DNA of 64,000 bases from the human T2T-CHM13v2.0 reference genome, Homo sapiens, in the NCBI RefSeq assembly GCF_009914755.1, contig NC_060940.1; one strand, given 5' to 3'. The notes beneath the pieces are model-generated. The model searched no databases and was not told where the DNA came from. It saw only the letters and a list, made by a program, of their open reading frames with translations. Positions 1 through 21,738 of this stretch are shown in pieces (the first letter of the stretch is position 1; each line of letters starts with the position of its first letter). A program made the translations under genes and the position numbers.

Positions 1-422
<422 letters not shown>

Positions 423-722
423 CTAGAGTTCTCTCTTGCCTGCATATTCTGATTCACTTTAGGCTTCTAGGTTATGAGTCATCTGGTTTTTAGGCTTCTG
501 ATTCAGACCTCTGGTTTTCTGGTCAGCTTACCCCTTGTTCACATGAATTTCACCTTTCAAAAATGTGTTGCGATTATTTCCTCTTCTGCTCTCCCTGTTT
601 GTGCCTTGTTTGACCTTTTATTATCATTACAGTGCACTCTGGAGAAGGAAGGAAGAATATTCGATCCACCATGCTTCGCTGGAATTTCTGTCCTACTCCG
701 TGTCATTAACAGTCATGTTAAA

Positions 723-741
723 ATGTCAGCAGGGGGCTTGC
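723..741 (+). promoter_or_regulatory. Possible CTCF motif
   Basis: TGTCAGCAGGGGGCTTG resembles the CTCF core CCAGCAGGGGGCGC; lies in non-Alu sequence; motif match only. Confidence 0.25.
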
Positions 742-988
742 CAAGCCAGATTTAGCAAAAATTGAACCTGTAGAACATCAAAGATTTCCCCAAGACGCTG
801 TAAATTTCTAGGCTGCTTATGTTTTCAAGGCCATTCTAGATTGGTTATTTCTGGCTCCTTGATCAACCATATCAACTTAAGTTCTTTCTATAGATTAAGA
901 AAGTTGTCTTTCATTATTTCTTTTTCTTCTCCAACACCACCACCACCACCATTTTTTTCTTTCTTTTAGTGACTCTGATTGTTTGTAG

Positions 989-1352
<364 letters not shown>

Positions 1353-1689
1353 CTCGGCAAACTTTTAAATCATTTTTTAAGGTTTCTTTCTGTTGGATAA
1401 ATCATAGTTTATTTTCCCTAATTCAATGATCTTCATATACAGTCTGCCATTCAGTTTCTCCTTTGTGACTTTTCATTTCAAAACCACCTCTCTCATCTCC
1501 ATTCCGTCTTCCTTTGCTGCTCCTTTTCTAGGACAACTTGATCAAGTTACATAGATGTAGAATCCACTTCAGTCTTGCTGAGAACATAAAACTGACGTTG
1601 GCTCTAATTTTTTGTTATTGTTTCTGAGGAATAGATTTCTGAAGGAGAAAGCAACTCTGAGGCCCCACATACTTGTCATTTAAGTTTTT

Positions 1690-1690
<1 letters not shown>

Positions 1691-1736
<46 letters not shown>
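1691..1736. repeat. (GT)23 microsatellite
   Basis: Pure GT run read directly. Confidence 0.97.
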
Positions 1737-1738
<2 letters not shown>

Positions 1739-1752
1739 CTAAAGATGAGGTC

Positions 1753-2362
<610 letters not shown>

Positions 2363-2430
2363 TAGTTTTAAAATTACAGCCCTTTTCTCATAGACCTATT
2401 TATTATCCATACAGAGGGAGAGCTATTTGA

Positions 2431-2750
2431 CTTTTTATTCTTTTTTATTTTATTTTATTATTGTTATTTTTTTGAGACACGGTCTCACTCTGTCATCTAG
2501 GCTGGAGTGCAGTAGCGGGATCTTAGCTCACTGCAACCTCCGCCTCCCAGGTCAAGCGATCCTTCTACCTCAGCCTCCTGGGTAGCTGGGACCACAGGCA
2601 CACGCCACCACGCCCAGCTAATTTTTGTATTTTTTGTAGAGATGCGATTTTGCCATGTGGCCCAGGCTGGTCTCAAACTCCTGACCTCGGGTGATCCGCC
2701 CGCCTCAGCCTCCCAAAGTGCTGGGATTACAGGCGTGAGCCACAGCAGCC
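2431..2750 (-). mobile_element. Alu (J/S)
   Basis: Full antisense dimer. Confidence 0.92.
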
Positions 2751-3186
2751 ATCTGACTTTTCTTTTTAATGAAAAAATTTCAATCACTTCATGGCATCTT
2801 CATGGCATCTTGTTCTTCTCCTTTTTGCTTTTCTTCTTTATTTAAAGCAACATCTATTTTTGTTCTTCTGATTTCAAAAGTAACACACATTTGTTTTGGA
2901 CGATTTGGGAATCACAGAAAAGCACAAAGAAGAAAATTAAAATTAATTTCACAAGCCAATGATATTTTACTTCCAGTTTTTCTAGGTATTTATATGTAAT
3001 TATCCTGATTCTTTTAACAATTTTAATCACTACTATTTTTATTTTTATTTTACGAATGTATAATACATTCACACGGTTCAAAAATTGTGTATGTGACAAG
3101 AGAAAAGGAAAAGGAAAAATACGTATGTATATATAAAGAAGTCTTTCAACACCTGTTTGTACAGCTTCCATCAATAACCACATCTA

Positions 3187-3483
3187 GGCTGGGAGCAGTG
3201 GCTCATACCTGTAATCCCAGCACTTTGGGAGGCCAAGATGGGAGGATTGCTTGAGCCCAGGGTTTGAGACTAGCCTGGGCAACATAGCAAGGTCCTATCT
3301 CTACCAAAAATTTAAAAATTATTTGGGCGTGGCAGCACATGTCTCTAGTCCTAGCTGCTTGGGACTCTAAGGCGGTAGAATCACTTGAACACAGGAGGTC
3401 AAGGCTGCATTTGAGCTATGATCACACCACTGCACTCCAGCCTGGGGACCTGCTGAGACGCTGTCTCAAAATAAACAAACAAC
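3187..3483 (+). mobile_element. AluJ
   Basis: GGCTGGGAGCAGTGGCTCA start, two arms, A-rich tail. Confidence 0.9.
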
Positions 3484-3623
3484 CACACCTAGCCCCACCC
3501 CAGATGACCTCTCCGCTATTAGGTTCTTGTATATCGTTCCAAATTTTCTTTATACCTATACTAACACACACACACACACACGCGCGGATATATGCATGCA
3601 CACTCACACAAACACTTAATACC

Positions 3624-4288
<665 letters not shown>

Positions 4289-4696
4289 TAAGCACACTGT
4301 CTTCCTCCTTGCTATTTTCACTTAACTATATACCTGAACATCTTTCTTTATGAATACATAGACAGATTTTCTATTTTTTATAGCTGCACGATATTCCATT
4401 GTGTATTGATATAACATTATTTAAGTGGTCACTTACTGATAATTTAGATTGTCAACGTTTGCTGTTACACATAGGGTTAAGTACATTCACACTAAATTTG
4501 ACAGTGTTTCTCTCTTGGTTTAATTATTGTTTCAAATGTTCAAACAGACATCATGGGCAATTTTAAAAAATTTTTTAACATGAATCATATTATACAATAA
4601 ACTGCACATATTTAAACAGTACAATTTGATAAATCTCACCATGTATATACCTGTGAAACCATCAACAATCACCACAATCAAAATCATGAACATACC

Positions 4697-4912
4697 TTCC
4701 GGGCACAGACGATTCTCCTGCCTCAGCCTCTGAGTAGCTGGGATCACAGGTACCCACCACCATGCCTGGCTAATTTTTGTATTTTTAGTACAGACAAGGT
4801 TTCGCCATGTGGGCCAGGCTGGTCTCAAACTCCCGACTTCAAGTGATCTGCCTGATCTCAAGTGAAGCCTCCCAAAGTGCTGGGATTACAGGCGTGAGCC
4901 ACCATGACTGGC
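4697..4912 (-). mobile_element. AluS lacking its 3' end and poly-A tail
   Basis: Starts abruptly at CCGGGCACAGACGATTCTCC with no T tract. Confidence 0.85.
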
Positions 4913-5422
4913 TGCTCCTAAATATTTTCTTGTACCCCTTTATAAGCCTTTTTCCCTGTCCTCCCATCCCCAAGCAACAACTGATATGCTTTCTGACACG
5001 TTAATTAATTGGCATTTTCTGGACATTACTGTGCATGGACTCATATAGTTTGTACACTTTTTTTTGTCTGCTTTCTTTCAGTATAATTATTTTGAAATTC
5101 ATGCTGTGACATGTACCATTCCTGTTTCCTGTTATTGCTGACTAGAATGTTTTGCTTGTGTTGTTCATCCATTCACTTGACAATGAACATTTGAGTTGTT
5201 TCCATTTGGGGGTATTACAAATAAAACTGTAAACATTTATATAAAAATCATTTTGTGAATATATACTTTCATTTCTCATGGGTAAATACCTAGGAATGAA
5301 ATTAATGCATCATATTTTAGGTGTCTGTTTAACATTTTGAGAAACTGCCCAACTGTTTTCTAAAGTGGCTATGTTACATTTCCATCAGCAGCTTGTGAGA
5401 GTTCAAGTTGTTCCACATCTCG

Positions 5423-6285
<863 letters not shown>

Positions 6286-6928
6286 TAACGTATTTTGCAA
6301 CTTCTTTATATGTTCTGGATACGAGTCCTTTATCAAGCACATGATATGTAAATATTTTCTTCTAGTCTGGCTTGTTTTCATTCATTCAACATGTCTTTTG
6401 AAGACCAGAAGTTTTTTATTTCAATGAAGTCCAATTTATATGTTGACTCTTTTAAATATTGTGCTTTTGGTGTTGTTTCTAAAAAATCTTAGTCTAAGCC
6501 AAGATCATAAAGATTAGTCTTATGTTTTCTTCTAAAAAGTTTTGTGACTTTAAGTTCTACACTTAGATCTATAGTCCACTTTTAAGTACAGCTTTATTGA
6601 GATATATTTCACATACCATAAAATTCACATATTTAAAGTGCGCCATTCCGTGATTTTAAGTATATTCAAAGAGTTGTACACTCATCACCACTATCTAACT
6701 TCGGAAGACTTTTGTCACCCCAAAAAGGCACCTCATATCCATTAGCAGTCATCCCTTATTACTTCCTTACTTCAGTTTAGGCAACCAATAATTTTCTCTC
6801 TCTATGGATTTGCTTATTCTGGACATTTCATATAATTGGAATCATAGATCTGGTCTTCTGTGTCTGGATTCTTTCACTTAGCATAATGTTTCCAAGGTTC
6901 ATTGTGTTATGCATGCATCAGTGCTTAA

Positions 6929-7958
<1,030 letters not shown>

Positions 7959-8263
7959 TTAAATGTGTTTTTATTTGGCAGAAATGTCTCTTCAAATCCT
8001 CTACCCATTTTTAAATTGGGTTATTTGTCTATTTCATATTGAATTATAAGTGTTCTTTTTATGTAGTCCGGATAAGAGTCCCTTATCAGATGTATGATTT
8101 GCAAATATTTTCTCCCATTTTGCGGGTTGTCTTTTTACCTCTATGATGTCCTTTGAAGCACAAGCATATTTACTTTTGATGATGTCCAATTTGTTTTTTT
8201 TCCTTTGTCACTTGTGCTTTTGGTTTCACGTCTAAAATTCCATTGCCTAGTCCAAGGTCATGA

Positions 8264-8660
<397 letters not shown>

Positions 8661-8890
8661 TATGATGCATTTTGGGTTGACTTTTGCAGATGGTATGAAA
8701 TAGGGGTTCAGCTTCCCTCTTTTGCATGTAGATGTTCACTTGTCCCAGGACCATTTGATGAAAGACTACTATTTTCCCACTGAATCTTGACACCTTCTTT
8801 AAAATCAATTGATCATATATAGATGTAAGTGTTTATGTCTGGATTCTTAATTATACTATTTATGTGTGTATATATATATATATAAAATAA

Positions 8891-9003
8891 GGCCAGGCAC
8901 AGTGGCTAACACCTGTAATCCCAGCACTTTGGGAGGCCGAGGCGAGAGGATCACTGGAAGACTAGCTTGAGCAACATAGCAAGACCCCGTCTCTAAAAAA
9001 AAC
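8891..9003 (+). mobile_element. FLAM / Alu left monomer
   Basis: GGCCAGGCACAGTGGCT...GACCCCGTCTCTAAAAAA. Confidence 0.85.
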
Positions 9004-9281
9004 ATAAAATATATATCCTTATATATTTTTACTCTTATATCCTGAGGACATGTGTGTGTGTGTGTGCATGCGTGTGCCTGTGTATATATATGTGTGTGTG
9101 TGTGTATATATATATATCTTTATCCTTACGCTAGTACCACAATGTATTTTTATAGTAAGTTTTGAAATCAGGAATGGGAGTCCTCCAACGTTGTTCTTTT
9201 TAAAGATTGTTTTGGCTATTCTGGGTTCCTTGCATATCCATATGAATTTTCAGATCAGCTTGCCCATTTCTCAAATTCTAA

Positions 9282-9601
<320 letters not shown>

Positions 9602-10494
9602 TGATTTTGATAAGAATAGCATTGAATCTGTAGATTGCTTTAGGTAGTATTGTCCTTTTAATAATAATAAATCTTCAATTATTTAGAAGAATTTATTCAG
9701 ATCTTCTTTAACTTCTTTCAACAGTACTTTGTTTTCAGTGTACAAGTTTTATACATTCCTGGTTAAATTTATTCTTACGTATTTTATTCTTTTTGATGCT
9801 ATTATAAATTGAATGGCTTTCTTAATTTTATTTTTGGTTGTTCATTACTAAGGGATGGAAATACAGTAGATGTTTGCATATTGATCTCGTATTCTGCAAC
9901 TTCGCTAAACTTGCTTATTTTGTCCGGTAGTTTCTTTTGTGGATTCCTTGGGATTTCTGTAAATAAGTTCATGTCATCTAGAAATAGTGATGGTGTATTT
10001 CTTCCTTTTCAATCTGGATACCTCTTTTTTTCTTGCCTAATTTTTCTGGCTAGAACCCTAAATACAGTATTCAATAGAAGTAGCCAGGGGCGGAAGTTCT
10101 TGTCTTATTCCTGATTTTAGGGGAAAAGCATTTAGTCTTTCATGATTAAGTAGCACTTTTTCCACAAATGACTTTTCTCAGGCTGAGGAAGTTTCTTTCT
10201 GTTCCTAGTGTGTTGAGTGGTTTTATCAGGAAAGGGTGTTGAAATTGGTGAAATGCTTTTTCTGCATCTATTGATATTATCATGTGGGTTTTACTCCTTA
10301 TTTTATTAATATGACATATTACATTGGTTTATTTTCTATGTTAAGCCAACTTCGCATTCCCGGAATAAATTTCACTTGGTCATGGTATATAATTCTTTTT
10401 ATATATTACTGAATTCAGTTTGCTAGTATTTTACTTAGGATTTTCTTCATGTATACGGGATACTGATCTATAGGGTTTCTTTTATTATAATGTC

Positions 10495-10807
10495 TTTTTT
10501 TTTTTTTTTTTTGAGATAGGGACTCAGTCTGTTGCCCAGGCTGGAGTACAGTGGTATGAAAACAGCTCACTGCAGACTCAATCTCCTAGGCTCAAGTGAT
10601 CCTCCTGTCTCAGCCTCTTAAGTAGCTGGGGCTGCAGGGGTGCACCACCACACCCAGCTAATAAAAAAAAAACTTTTTTTTTTTTTTTGTAAAGATAGAG
10701 TCTTGCCATGTTGCCCGGGCTGGTCTCAAACTCCTGGCCTTAAACAATCCACCTTCTTTGGTCTCCCAAAATACCAGGATTGCAGGCATGAGCCACGGTG
10801 CCTGGCC
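10495..10807 (-). mobile_element. AluJ
   Basis: Antisense dimer; TSD-like ATAATGTCTTT. Confidence 0.9.
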
Positions 10808-11164
10808 TCTAATAATGTCTTTGCCTGGTTTTAGTATCAGAGTAATATTGGTCTCATAACATGAGTTTGGAAGTGTCCCTATAATCCATTTTGAGTTAAT
10901 TTTTGCGTAATGGATTTAAGTTTTGGGGTTTTTTGGCATATGTATATGTATTGTTTAGTACCATTTCTTGAAAAAGACTATACTTTCTCCACTGATTCCC
11001 TTCACAATTTTGTTAGGAATCAATTGATGATATTTATGTGGGTTTATTTCTGTACTGTCTATTCTGTTCCTTTATTTTTGTATCTGTCTGTCCACCAATA
11101 CCACACTACCTTGATTACTGTAGCTTTTTCCTTCAATGTCAGTCTTATTCAAAGTTTTGAACAC

Positions 11165-11343
<179 letters not shown>

Positions 11344-11778
11344 CTATTCTACATCCTCTACATTTTCATGAATTTTAGAATCAACTTCTCAAATTCTATG
11401 TTTTAGTAAAATATGTATAACATAAGATCTAGCATTTTAGCCATTTTTAGATGAACCATTCAGCGGCATTAACTACATTCAAACTTATGTGCAACCATCA
11501 CCAGAACTTTTTAATCATCCCAAACTAAAACCCTACACCCATTAAATAACAACTTCACGCCCTCCCCTCTTCCCAGAGCCCATCAATCACCATTCTATTT
11601 TCTGTCTCTGTGAACTTGACTACTCTCGTGCCTCCTAAAAGTGGAATCACACAATATTTGTCATTTTGTGGCTGACTTAATTCACTTAGTGTAATGCCTT
11701 CAAGGGTTATCCATGTTGTAGCATTTGCCAGAATTTTCCTCCATTTTAATATTGCATAATAATATGTGAGTATACCAC

Positions 11779-12520
<742 letters not shown>

Positions 12521-13849
12521 CAACGTCTCCATTTTTACAGAAAAAAATGCCAGCTGGGATTTTGACTGGGATTTTGACTGGGATTGTATTGAGTCGATAG
12601 ATCAGTTTGGTAGAGAATTGACATCTTAATACTGAGCCTCCCAACACGTAAACCCATGTCTCTTTCCATTTACTTAGGTATTCTTTCATTTCTCTCAATG
12701 ATGTTTTGTAGTTTTCAGTGTACACGGCTGACACATTTTTTTGTCAGATTTATCCTCAAGTTTTTCACGCTATTGTAAAGGGTATTTCTTAAGATTTTTA
12801 TTTCTGACTGTTGCTAGCAGAGAGAAATACAGTAGAATTTGGAAACTGGGGTTATATCCTGAAACCTCACTAAACTCACATATTAACTCTTTCATAGGAT
12901 TTTCTACATAAATGATCATGTCACCTGCAAAGACAATCTTGCTTCTTTCTTTCTAAACTGAATGCCTTTTATTTGCTTTTTTTCCCCTTACCTAATGGCC
13001 CTGGCTAGAACCTACAGTACAATGTTGAATAGTATTGGTGAGAGCAGACATCCTTGTCTTGTTCCTGATCTTAGGGGGAGAGCTTTCAGTCTTTTACCAT
13101 TAAATATGATGTTAGCTGTATATTTTTTTTATAAATGCCCTTTATCAGGTTGATGAAGTTCCCTTCTATTCCCAGTTTGTTAAGAGTTATTATCAGAAAT
13201 GAACATTTGATTTTGCCAATTTTTTTCAGCATCTATTGAGATATTTATGTGGTTTTTCTTTACTAGTTTATTATTATGTGTATTACATTAATTGAACATT
13301 AAACCAACCCTATTTGCTGGGCAAATTCCGCTTGGCCATTGCGCATCAGCCTCCTCATTCACTGTTAAATTTGATTTGCTACAATTTTGTTAAGAATTTA
13401 TTCATCTAAGTTCAAGAGGGATGTTACTCTGTGGTTACGTTCTTTGTGCTGTCTTTGTCTGGACTTGGTATCAGAGTAACGCTGGCCTCACAGAATCAGC
13501 TGAGAAAAATTCCTTCCTCTTCAATTTTCTAGAAGAGCTTGTGTTGAATTAAAATTAATTTTTCCTTAATGATTTGATAGAATTCCTGAGTGAAGTCATC
13601 TGGCTCTCCAGTTTTCTTTGTTGAAAAGATCTAAGCTATGATTTCAAGTTCTTTAAGAGAAATATATACTTTCCAGGTTATCTTTTCTTGAGTGATGTTT
13701 AGTATTTGCGTCTTTCCAGGAATGTATCTATTTCATCTAAGTTGTCAAATTTACTGGCATAAACTTGTTCATAATATTCTCTGGTTATCCTTTTTAATGT
13801 CTATAGAATCTGGAATAATGTTATCTCTCTCATTCTGATATTGGTAATT

Positions 13850-14139
13850 TGTTCATTCGTTTGTTTGTTTGTTTGAGATGGAGTCTCGCTCTGTCGCCCC
13901 GTGATCTCAGCTCACTGCAACCTCCAACTCCCAGGTTCAAGCAATTCTCTTGCCTAAGCCTCCTGAGTAGCTGGTATTACAGGTGCCTGCCACCATGCCT
14001 GGCTAATTTTTCTATTTTTAGTAGAGACGGGGTTTCACCATGTTGCCCAGGTTGATCTCAAACTGCTGGCCTCAGGTGTTTCACCCGCCTCGGCCTCCCA
14101 GAGTGCTGGGATTACAGGCAGGAGCCACTGCACTTGGCC
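13850..14139 (-). mobile_element. AluS
   Basis: Antisense dimer; TSD TCTGATATTGGTAATTTGT. Confidence 0.92.
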
Positions 14140-14670
14140 TCTGATATTGGTAATTTGTGTTTTCTCTTTTTTTCCTGATCAATATGGCTAGAGGTTTGTG
14201 AATTTTATTGATCTGAAAGCTTCTAATATTAGCTTCTGATATTTCTGCATTTTTCAGTTTTCCATTTCATTCATTTCTATTCTGGTTTTTATAATTTCCT
14301 TTATTCTCTTTGTTTTCTTTGTGATTTTGCTCTCTTTTTAGTTTCTTAAGGTAATAGCTGATGTTATTGTGATTTTTCTTTTCTAAGAAGGTATTTAAAA
14401 TTATAAATTTCCATTTAAATACTGTTTTAGCTTCATCCAACAAATTTTTATATGTTTGTGTTTTTATTTTCTTTCGGTTAAAAATTCTAATGTCCCTTTT
14501 AATTTCTCCTTTGACCCATGGGTTATTTAGAAGTGTATTATTTAGTTTCCAAATATTTGTGGATTTTTCAGTTATCTTTCTGTTATTGATGTCTAATTTA
14601 ACACCATTTTGGTCAGAAAAGATACTCTGTATGGTTTGAATCCATTTAAGTTTATTTGGATTTATTCTCA

Positions 14671-15373
14671 TTCTCCCCGATTTAATCTAGGAGGGTTGTA
14701 TGTTTCCAGGAATTTATCCATCTCCTCTAGGTTTTCTAGTTTGTGCGTGCAAAGGTGTTCATAGTAGCCTTGAATGATCTTTTGTATTTCTGTGGTGTCT
14801 GTTGTAATATCTCCCGTTTCATTTCTAATTGAGCTTATTTGGATTTTCTCCCTTCTTTTCTTGGTTAATCTTGCTAATGGTCTATCAATTTTATTTATCT
14901 TTTCAAAGAAACCACTTTTTGTTTCATTTATCTTTTGTATTTTTTGTTTGTTTGTTTCAATTTCATTTAGTTCTGCTCTGATCTTGGTTATTTCCTTTCT
15001 TCTGCTAGGTTTGGGTTTGGTTTGTTCTTGTTTCTCTAGTTCCTTGAGGTGTGACCTTAGATTGTCTATTTGTGCTCTTTCAGACTTTTTTGATGTAGGC
15101 ATTTAGGGCTATGAACTTTCCTCTTAGCACTGCTTTTGCTGTATCCCGCAGGTGTTGATATGTTGTGTCACTATTATCATTCAGTTTGAAGAATTTTTAA
15201 ATTTCCATCTTGATTTCATTGTGACCCAATGCTCATTCAGGAGCAGGTTATTTAATTTCCATGTAATTGCACGGTGTTGAAGATTCCTTTTAAAGTTGAT
15301 TTCCAGTTTCAGATCCACTGTGGTCTGAGTGCTTGATATAATTTTAATTTTCTTAAATTTATTGAGATTTATT
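14671..15373 (-). mobile_element. Younger (L1PB/L1PA-old-like) internal L1 ORF2 fragment downstream of the endonuclease domain
   Basis: ORF 14668-15102: [32 protein letters not shown]...[15 protein letters not shown]...[17 protein letters not shown]...[21 protein letters not shown] = L1 ORF2p. Confidence 0.93.
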
Positions 15374-16128
15374 TATGACTGAGACTATGGTTTATTCTGG
15401 TAAATGTTCTATGTGCACTTGAAAAGAATATATATTCTGCAGTTGTATGAAGCGTTCCATAAATCTCAATTAGGTCAAATTTGTTCAAGTGTTGTTCAAG
15501 TCGTCTGTATCCTTGCTTATTTTCTGTCTAGTTGTTCTATTAATTATCAAAAGAGGGATGTTGAAATATCTGCTTATAATAGTAGATTTGTCTGTTTCTC
15601 CTTGCTGTTCAATCAATTCTGCTTCCTGTATTTCAAAGCTTTCTTATTTGATGAATATGTTTTATATTTAAAGTGGGTTTCTTGTAGCATATAGTTGATT
15701 GTTGCGTTTTCATTCTATCTGACAAACTCTGTTTTTGAGTGGGGTGTTCAAGCCATTTACATTTAATGTGATTATTAATATGAAAGGGTTTAAATGATCT
15801 GTTATTTGTTCCACTTTTTTCTTTTTTTCTGCTTTCTTTTGGGTAAAGTGAATATTTTTATTATGCCATTTCATTTTTTATTGGCTTACTAGCTGTCGCT
15901 CTTGATTGCATTATTTTAGTGGTTGCTTTAGGGTTTAGAGTATACACCTTTAACCTATCACCGTCTACATTCAAGCAGTAGTATTCCACTACACGTGTAC
16001 TTAGTATAAGAATCTTATAACAGTATACTTCCATTTCTTTTCTCCTGCTCTTGGTCTTTGTGCTGTTTTTTGTCAAGAAGCTTACTTTATATTATAAACC
16101 CCACAAAACATTATCATTTTTGCTTTAA

Positions 16129-16423
<295 letters not shown>

Positions 16424-16700
16424 CTAAATGGTTTTTTTTTTAAGAGAGTTAAAGAATAAGAAACAAAGTCTGTATATTTACCCATACAGTTGCCATTTCT
16501 TGTGCTTGTCATTTTCTTACATAGATCTAGATCTCTGCTTAGTATCATTTTTCTCTGCCTGAACATTTTTTATGGTGTGGATTTGCTGGTGATAAATTCT
16601 TTCAACTTTTGTATGGCTAAAAAGTTTTCATTTTTCCTTCATTTTTGAAAAATGTTTTGCTAGTTACAGAATTGTAAGTTGACATTTTTCTTTCTTTTAA

Positions 16701-16963
<263 letters not shown>

Positions 16964-17030
16964 TAAAATGTTTCCCTCCATTGTTTTCTATTTTTCTTTG
17001 CTTTTTAATAAAATCTTTATTGAGATATAA

Positions 17031-18000
<970 letters not shown>

Positions 18001-18410
18001 TAAAGTTTGTTTGGCTGGACTAGAGTTGGGTTTAGTCTAGGACTATTTTGGTCCCACCACGGAGGTAAAACACTTCTGAGTATCCTACCTGATAGATGCT
18101 GTGTGAATTATGAAGCTTTGCATTCTAGGGTAATGGGCAAAAATTACTCCTGGCCATATGTGGCCCTCTAATCCTTTTGGTCAGGTCTTTTTCTAACATG
18201 CGTGTCATGATCTGTACTCCACTGAAGACTTGAGGGACATCTCTGCAGATCTTGATCTCTGTGCGGCTCTCTCCTCTCCAGTACCTGCCCTACAAACTCT
18301 GTCTTCCTTGGCCTCCCTGGACTCCCTGCTCTGTCTCCTCATCTCAGGGGGAACACCAGCCTCAGTTTGAAGTCCACCTCTCTGCACTGCAATTTGGAAA
18401 CTTCCTCTAG

Positions 18411-18948
<538 letters not shown>

Positions 18949-19392
18949 TAAGCATAAAGTTTTATTAATAATCTCCATCCAATTATTTTATTATATGAAA
19001 TTTATAGGAGTCTAATCCTGCACTTTCTTCTGTCTCCTAGTGCTTTGTAATTTATAACATGTTTTATAATTTTGGATTATAAACTCATCTGCAATGGGAA
19101 CATAATCTGTGGGAACTCTGTGAGGTCTGGGCTTAGTGAACTTACCTCTAGATCACTTTTATATTTGCCTCTCTGAGGCTCCTCTCTTTCTATGTTATTT
19201 CTTATTTTTGGTATTCCAGGGCCATAAAAGTAATGTATGTTCAGACATCAAAACCACTTGAGAACAGGCCTTGGTTATTAATTATCATGGGAGTATTTTT
19301 TTTGCCTTGACCCAGAATTCAGGTCAAGTCACACAAGCTTCCGTGTTTCTCTGGGCTTAAAGGTGATCTTTTTTTGTTTGTTTGTTTCACCA

Positions 19393-19890
19393 TGTATTAG
19401 TTAGGGTTCTCCAAAGAAGTAGAATCAGCATGAGAGAAAGAGATTGATTTATCCTGAGGAATTGGCTCATGCAATTATAGAGGCTCTGAAGTCTCACAAG
19501 TCTGCTCTCTGCAAGCTGGAGATCCAGGGAAACTTGGGGTGTAATTTGGTCCAAGTCTGAAAGCTTAAGAACCAGGGTAGCCAATGGTGTAAATCCCAGT
19601 CCAGAGGCTGGACAAGATGAGATGAGGTGTTCCAGCTCAAGAAGGCAGGCAGGAAGCAAAAGGGGAAATTTCCTCCTTCTTCCACCTCCTTCCTCCACCA
19701 CAGATAACCCTTTTGTTCCATTGAGATTGAATGATTTCCACCCACATTGAAGTGGGCAATGTTCTCTACTGAGTCCATCCACTGAAATGTTAATCTCATC
19801 CAGAAACATTCTCACAGACACATCTAGAAATAATGTTTAATCTGGGCACCCCGTGGCTAGTCAATGTGACACATAAAATTTACCACCATG
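19393..19890 (-). mobile_element. MLT2B-type solo LTR (ERVL)
   Basis: TGTATTAGTTAGGGTTCTCC...GGAATTGGCTCATGCAATTAT...GGGCACCCCGTGGCTAGTCAATGTGACACATAAAATT match the MLT2B termini. Confidence 0.88.
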
Positions 19891-20104
19891 CACATTTTCA
19901 CTGAGGATACAGCACTTTTAAGAGTCCCAAGCTGATGTGGAAGTTTCCACTCCCAGGCACAAGACTTTGTCTCCTGTACCTGCTTGGAGTTGCAACCCAG
20001 CCTCCCAAGGCTGCCATGTCCCTGCCAAGCACTAAATCCCCAGGGTGGATACAGCGTTAACTCGTATGCCTAGCTCTCTAGTTTTCTGGGGTTTTTTCTT
20101 CCCT

Positions 20105-20413
20105 TTTTAAAAATTATTATTATTAATTTTTTTAGATGGTCTCGCTGTGTCTCCCAGGTTGGAGTGCAGCGGCATGATCTCTGCTCACTGCAACCTCTGC
20201 CTTCCCCCGTTTCAAGCAATTCTCTTGCCTCAGCCTCCTGAGTAGCTGATATTACAGGCACATGCCATCACACCTGGCATTTTTGTAATTTTAGTAGAGA
20301 TGGGGTTTTGCCATGTTGGCCAGGCTGGTCTCGAACTCCTGGCCTCAAGTGATCTCCCCACCTTGGCCTCCCAAAGTGCTGGGATTACAGATGTGAGCCA
20401 CTGTACCTGGCCC
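20105..20413 (-). mobile_element. AluS
   Basis: Full antisense dimer. Confidence 0.92.
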
Positions 20414-20540
20414 TTTTTTTAAATTAATAACCTGTTTTTATTATACCAGTAACACCAACTCCTTGTAGGAGAACAGATGAGCCAAAAGAAGAAATAATTG
20501 TTAAAGTCTGTGTACATACTACCAGGGCAAGACTTTCTAA

Positions 20541-21240
20541 ATAGTCAAAAACCAACAGATGTTGGCGAGGATGCGGAAAAAAGGGAACGCTCACACACTA
20601 TTGGTGGGAATGCAAATCAGTACAACCTCTATGACAAACAGCATGGAGATTTCACAAAGAACGAAAAATAGAACTATCATTCTACCCAGCAATCCCACCA
20701 CTGGGTATCCACCCAAAGGAAAAGAAATCGTTGTATCCAAAAGATACCTGCACTTGTATGCCTATCACAGCACAGTTCACAATAACAAAGACCTGGAATC
20801 AATCCAATGTCCATCCATGGGTGACTGGATAAAGAAAAGATGGTACATGATGGGATACCAGTCAGACATAAAAAAAGAATAAAATCATGTTTGATTTTAT
20901 TTATTTATTTATTTGATTTTATGTATCCACATGGGTGGAACTGGAGGCCATTATTTTAAGTGCAAATAACTCAGAAACAGAAAGTCAAACACCACCCATT
21001 CCCACTTACAAGTGGGAGTTAAACAGTGTGTACACAGGATCATGGAGTGTGGAATAAGAGACACTGAAGACTTGAAAAGGTGGGAGGGTGGGAGGGGCTG
21101 AGGAATGAGAAATTACCTTTTGGGTACAATGTACACTATTTGGGTGATGGGCACACTAAAAGCCCAGACTGCCACTATATAATATATCCACGTGACAAAA
21201 CTACACTTGTACCCCCTAAATCTACAAAAATAAAAAATCA
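20541..21240 (+). mobile_element. 5'-truncated L1PB-type element (ORF2 C-terminus plus 3' UTR)
   Basis: AACAGATGTTGGCGAGGATGCGG...GGGTACAATGTACACTATTTGGGTGATGG...GTACCCCCTAAATCTACAAAAATAAAAA; approximate TSD ACTTTCTAAA. Confidence 0.9.
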
Positions 21241-21393
21241 AATACTTTTCTAAAAGAACATTTAAGGACACCTGGTTTAAGCAAGCACAATTTAGTGAAC
21301 TATGTAGTTTCAGCATACTCCTGTTACTACAATTCTTGCTAATAGCAAATATATACATGATACCTAGAGTGAACAGTGCCTCTCTCCCTCTAA

Positions 21394-21738
<345 letters not shown>

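Noticed and set aside
12553-12585. 12-bp tandem repeat CTGGGATTTTGA
   Set aside because: Small slippage duplication inside an L1 fossil; no spacers, not CRISPR-like
14668-15102. L1 ORF2 peptide as a functional CDS
   Set aside because: Internal fragment only, with no promoter, ORF1 or RT domain
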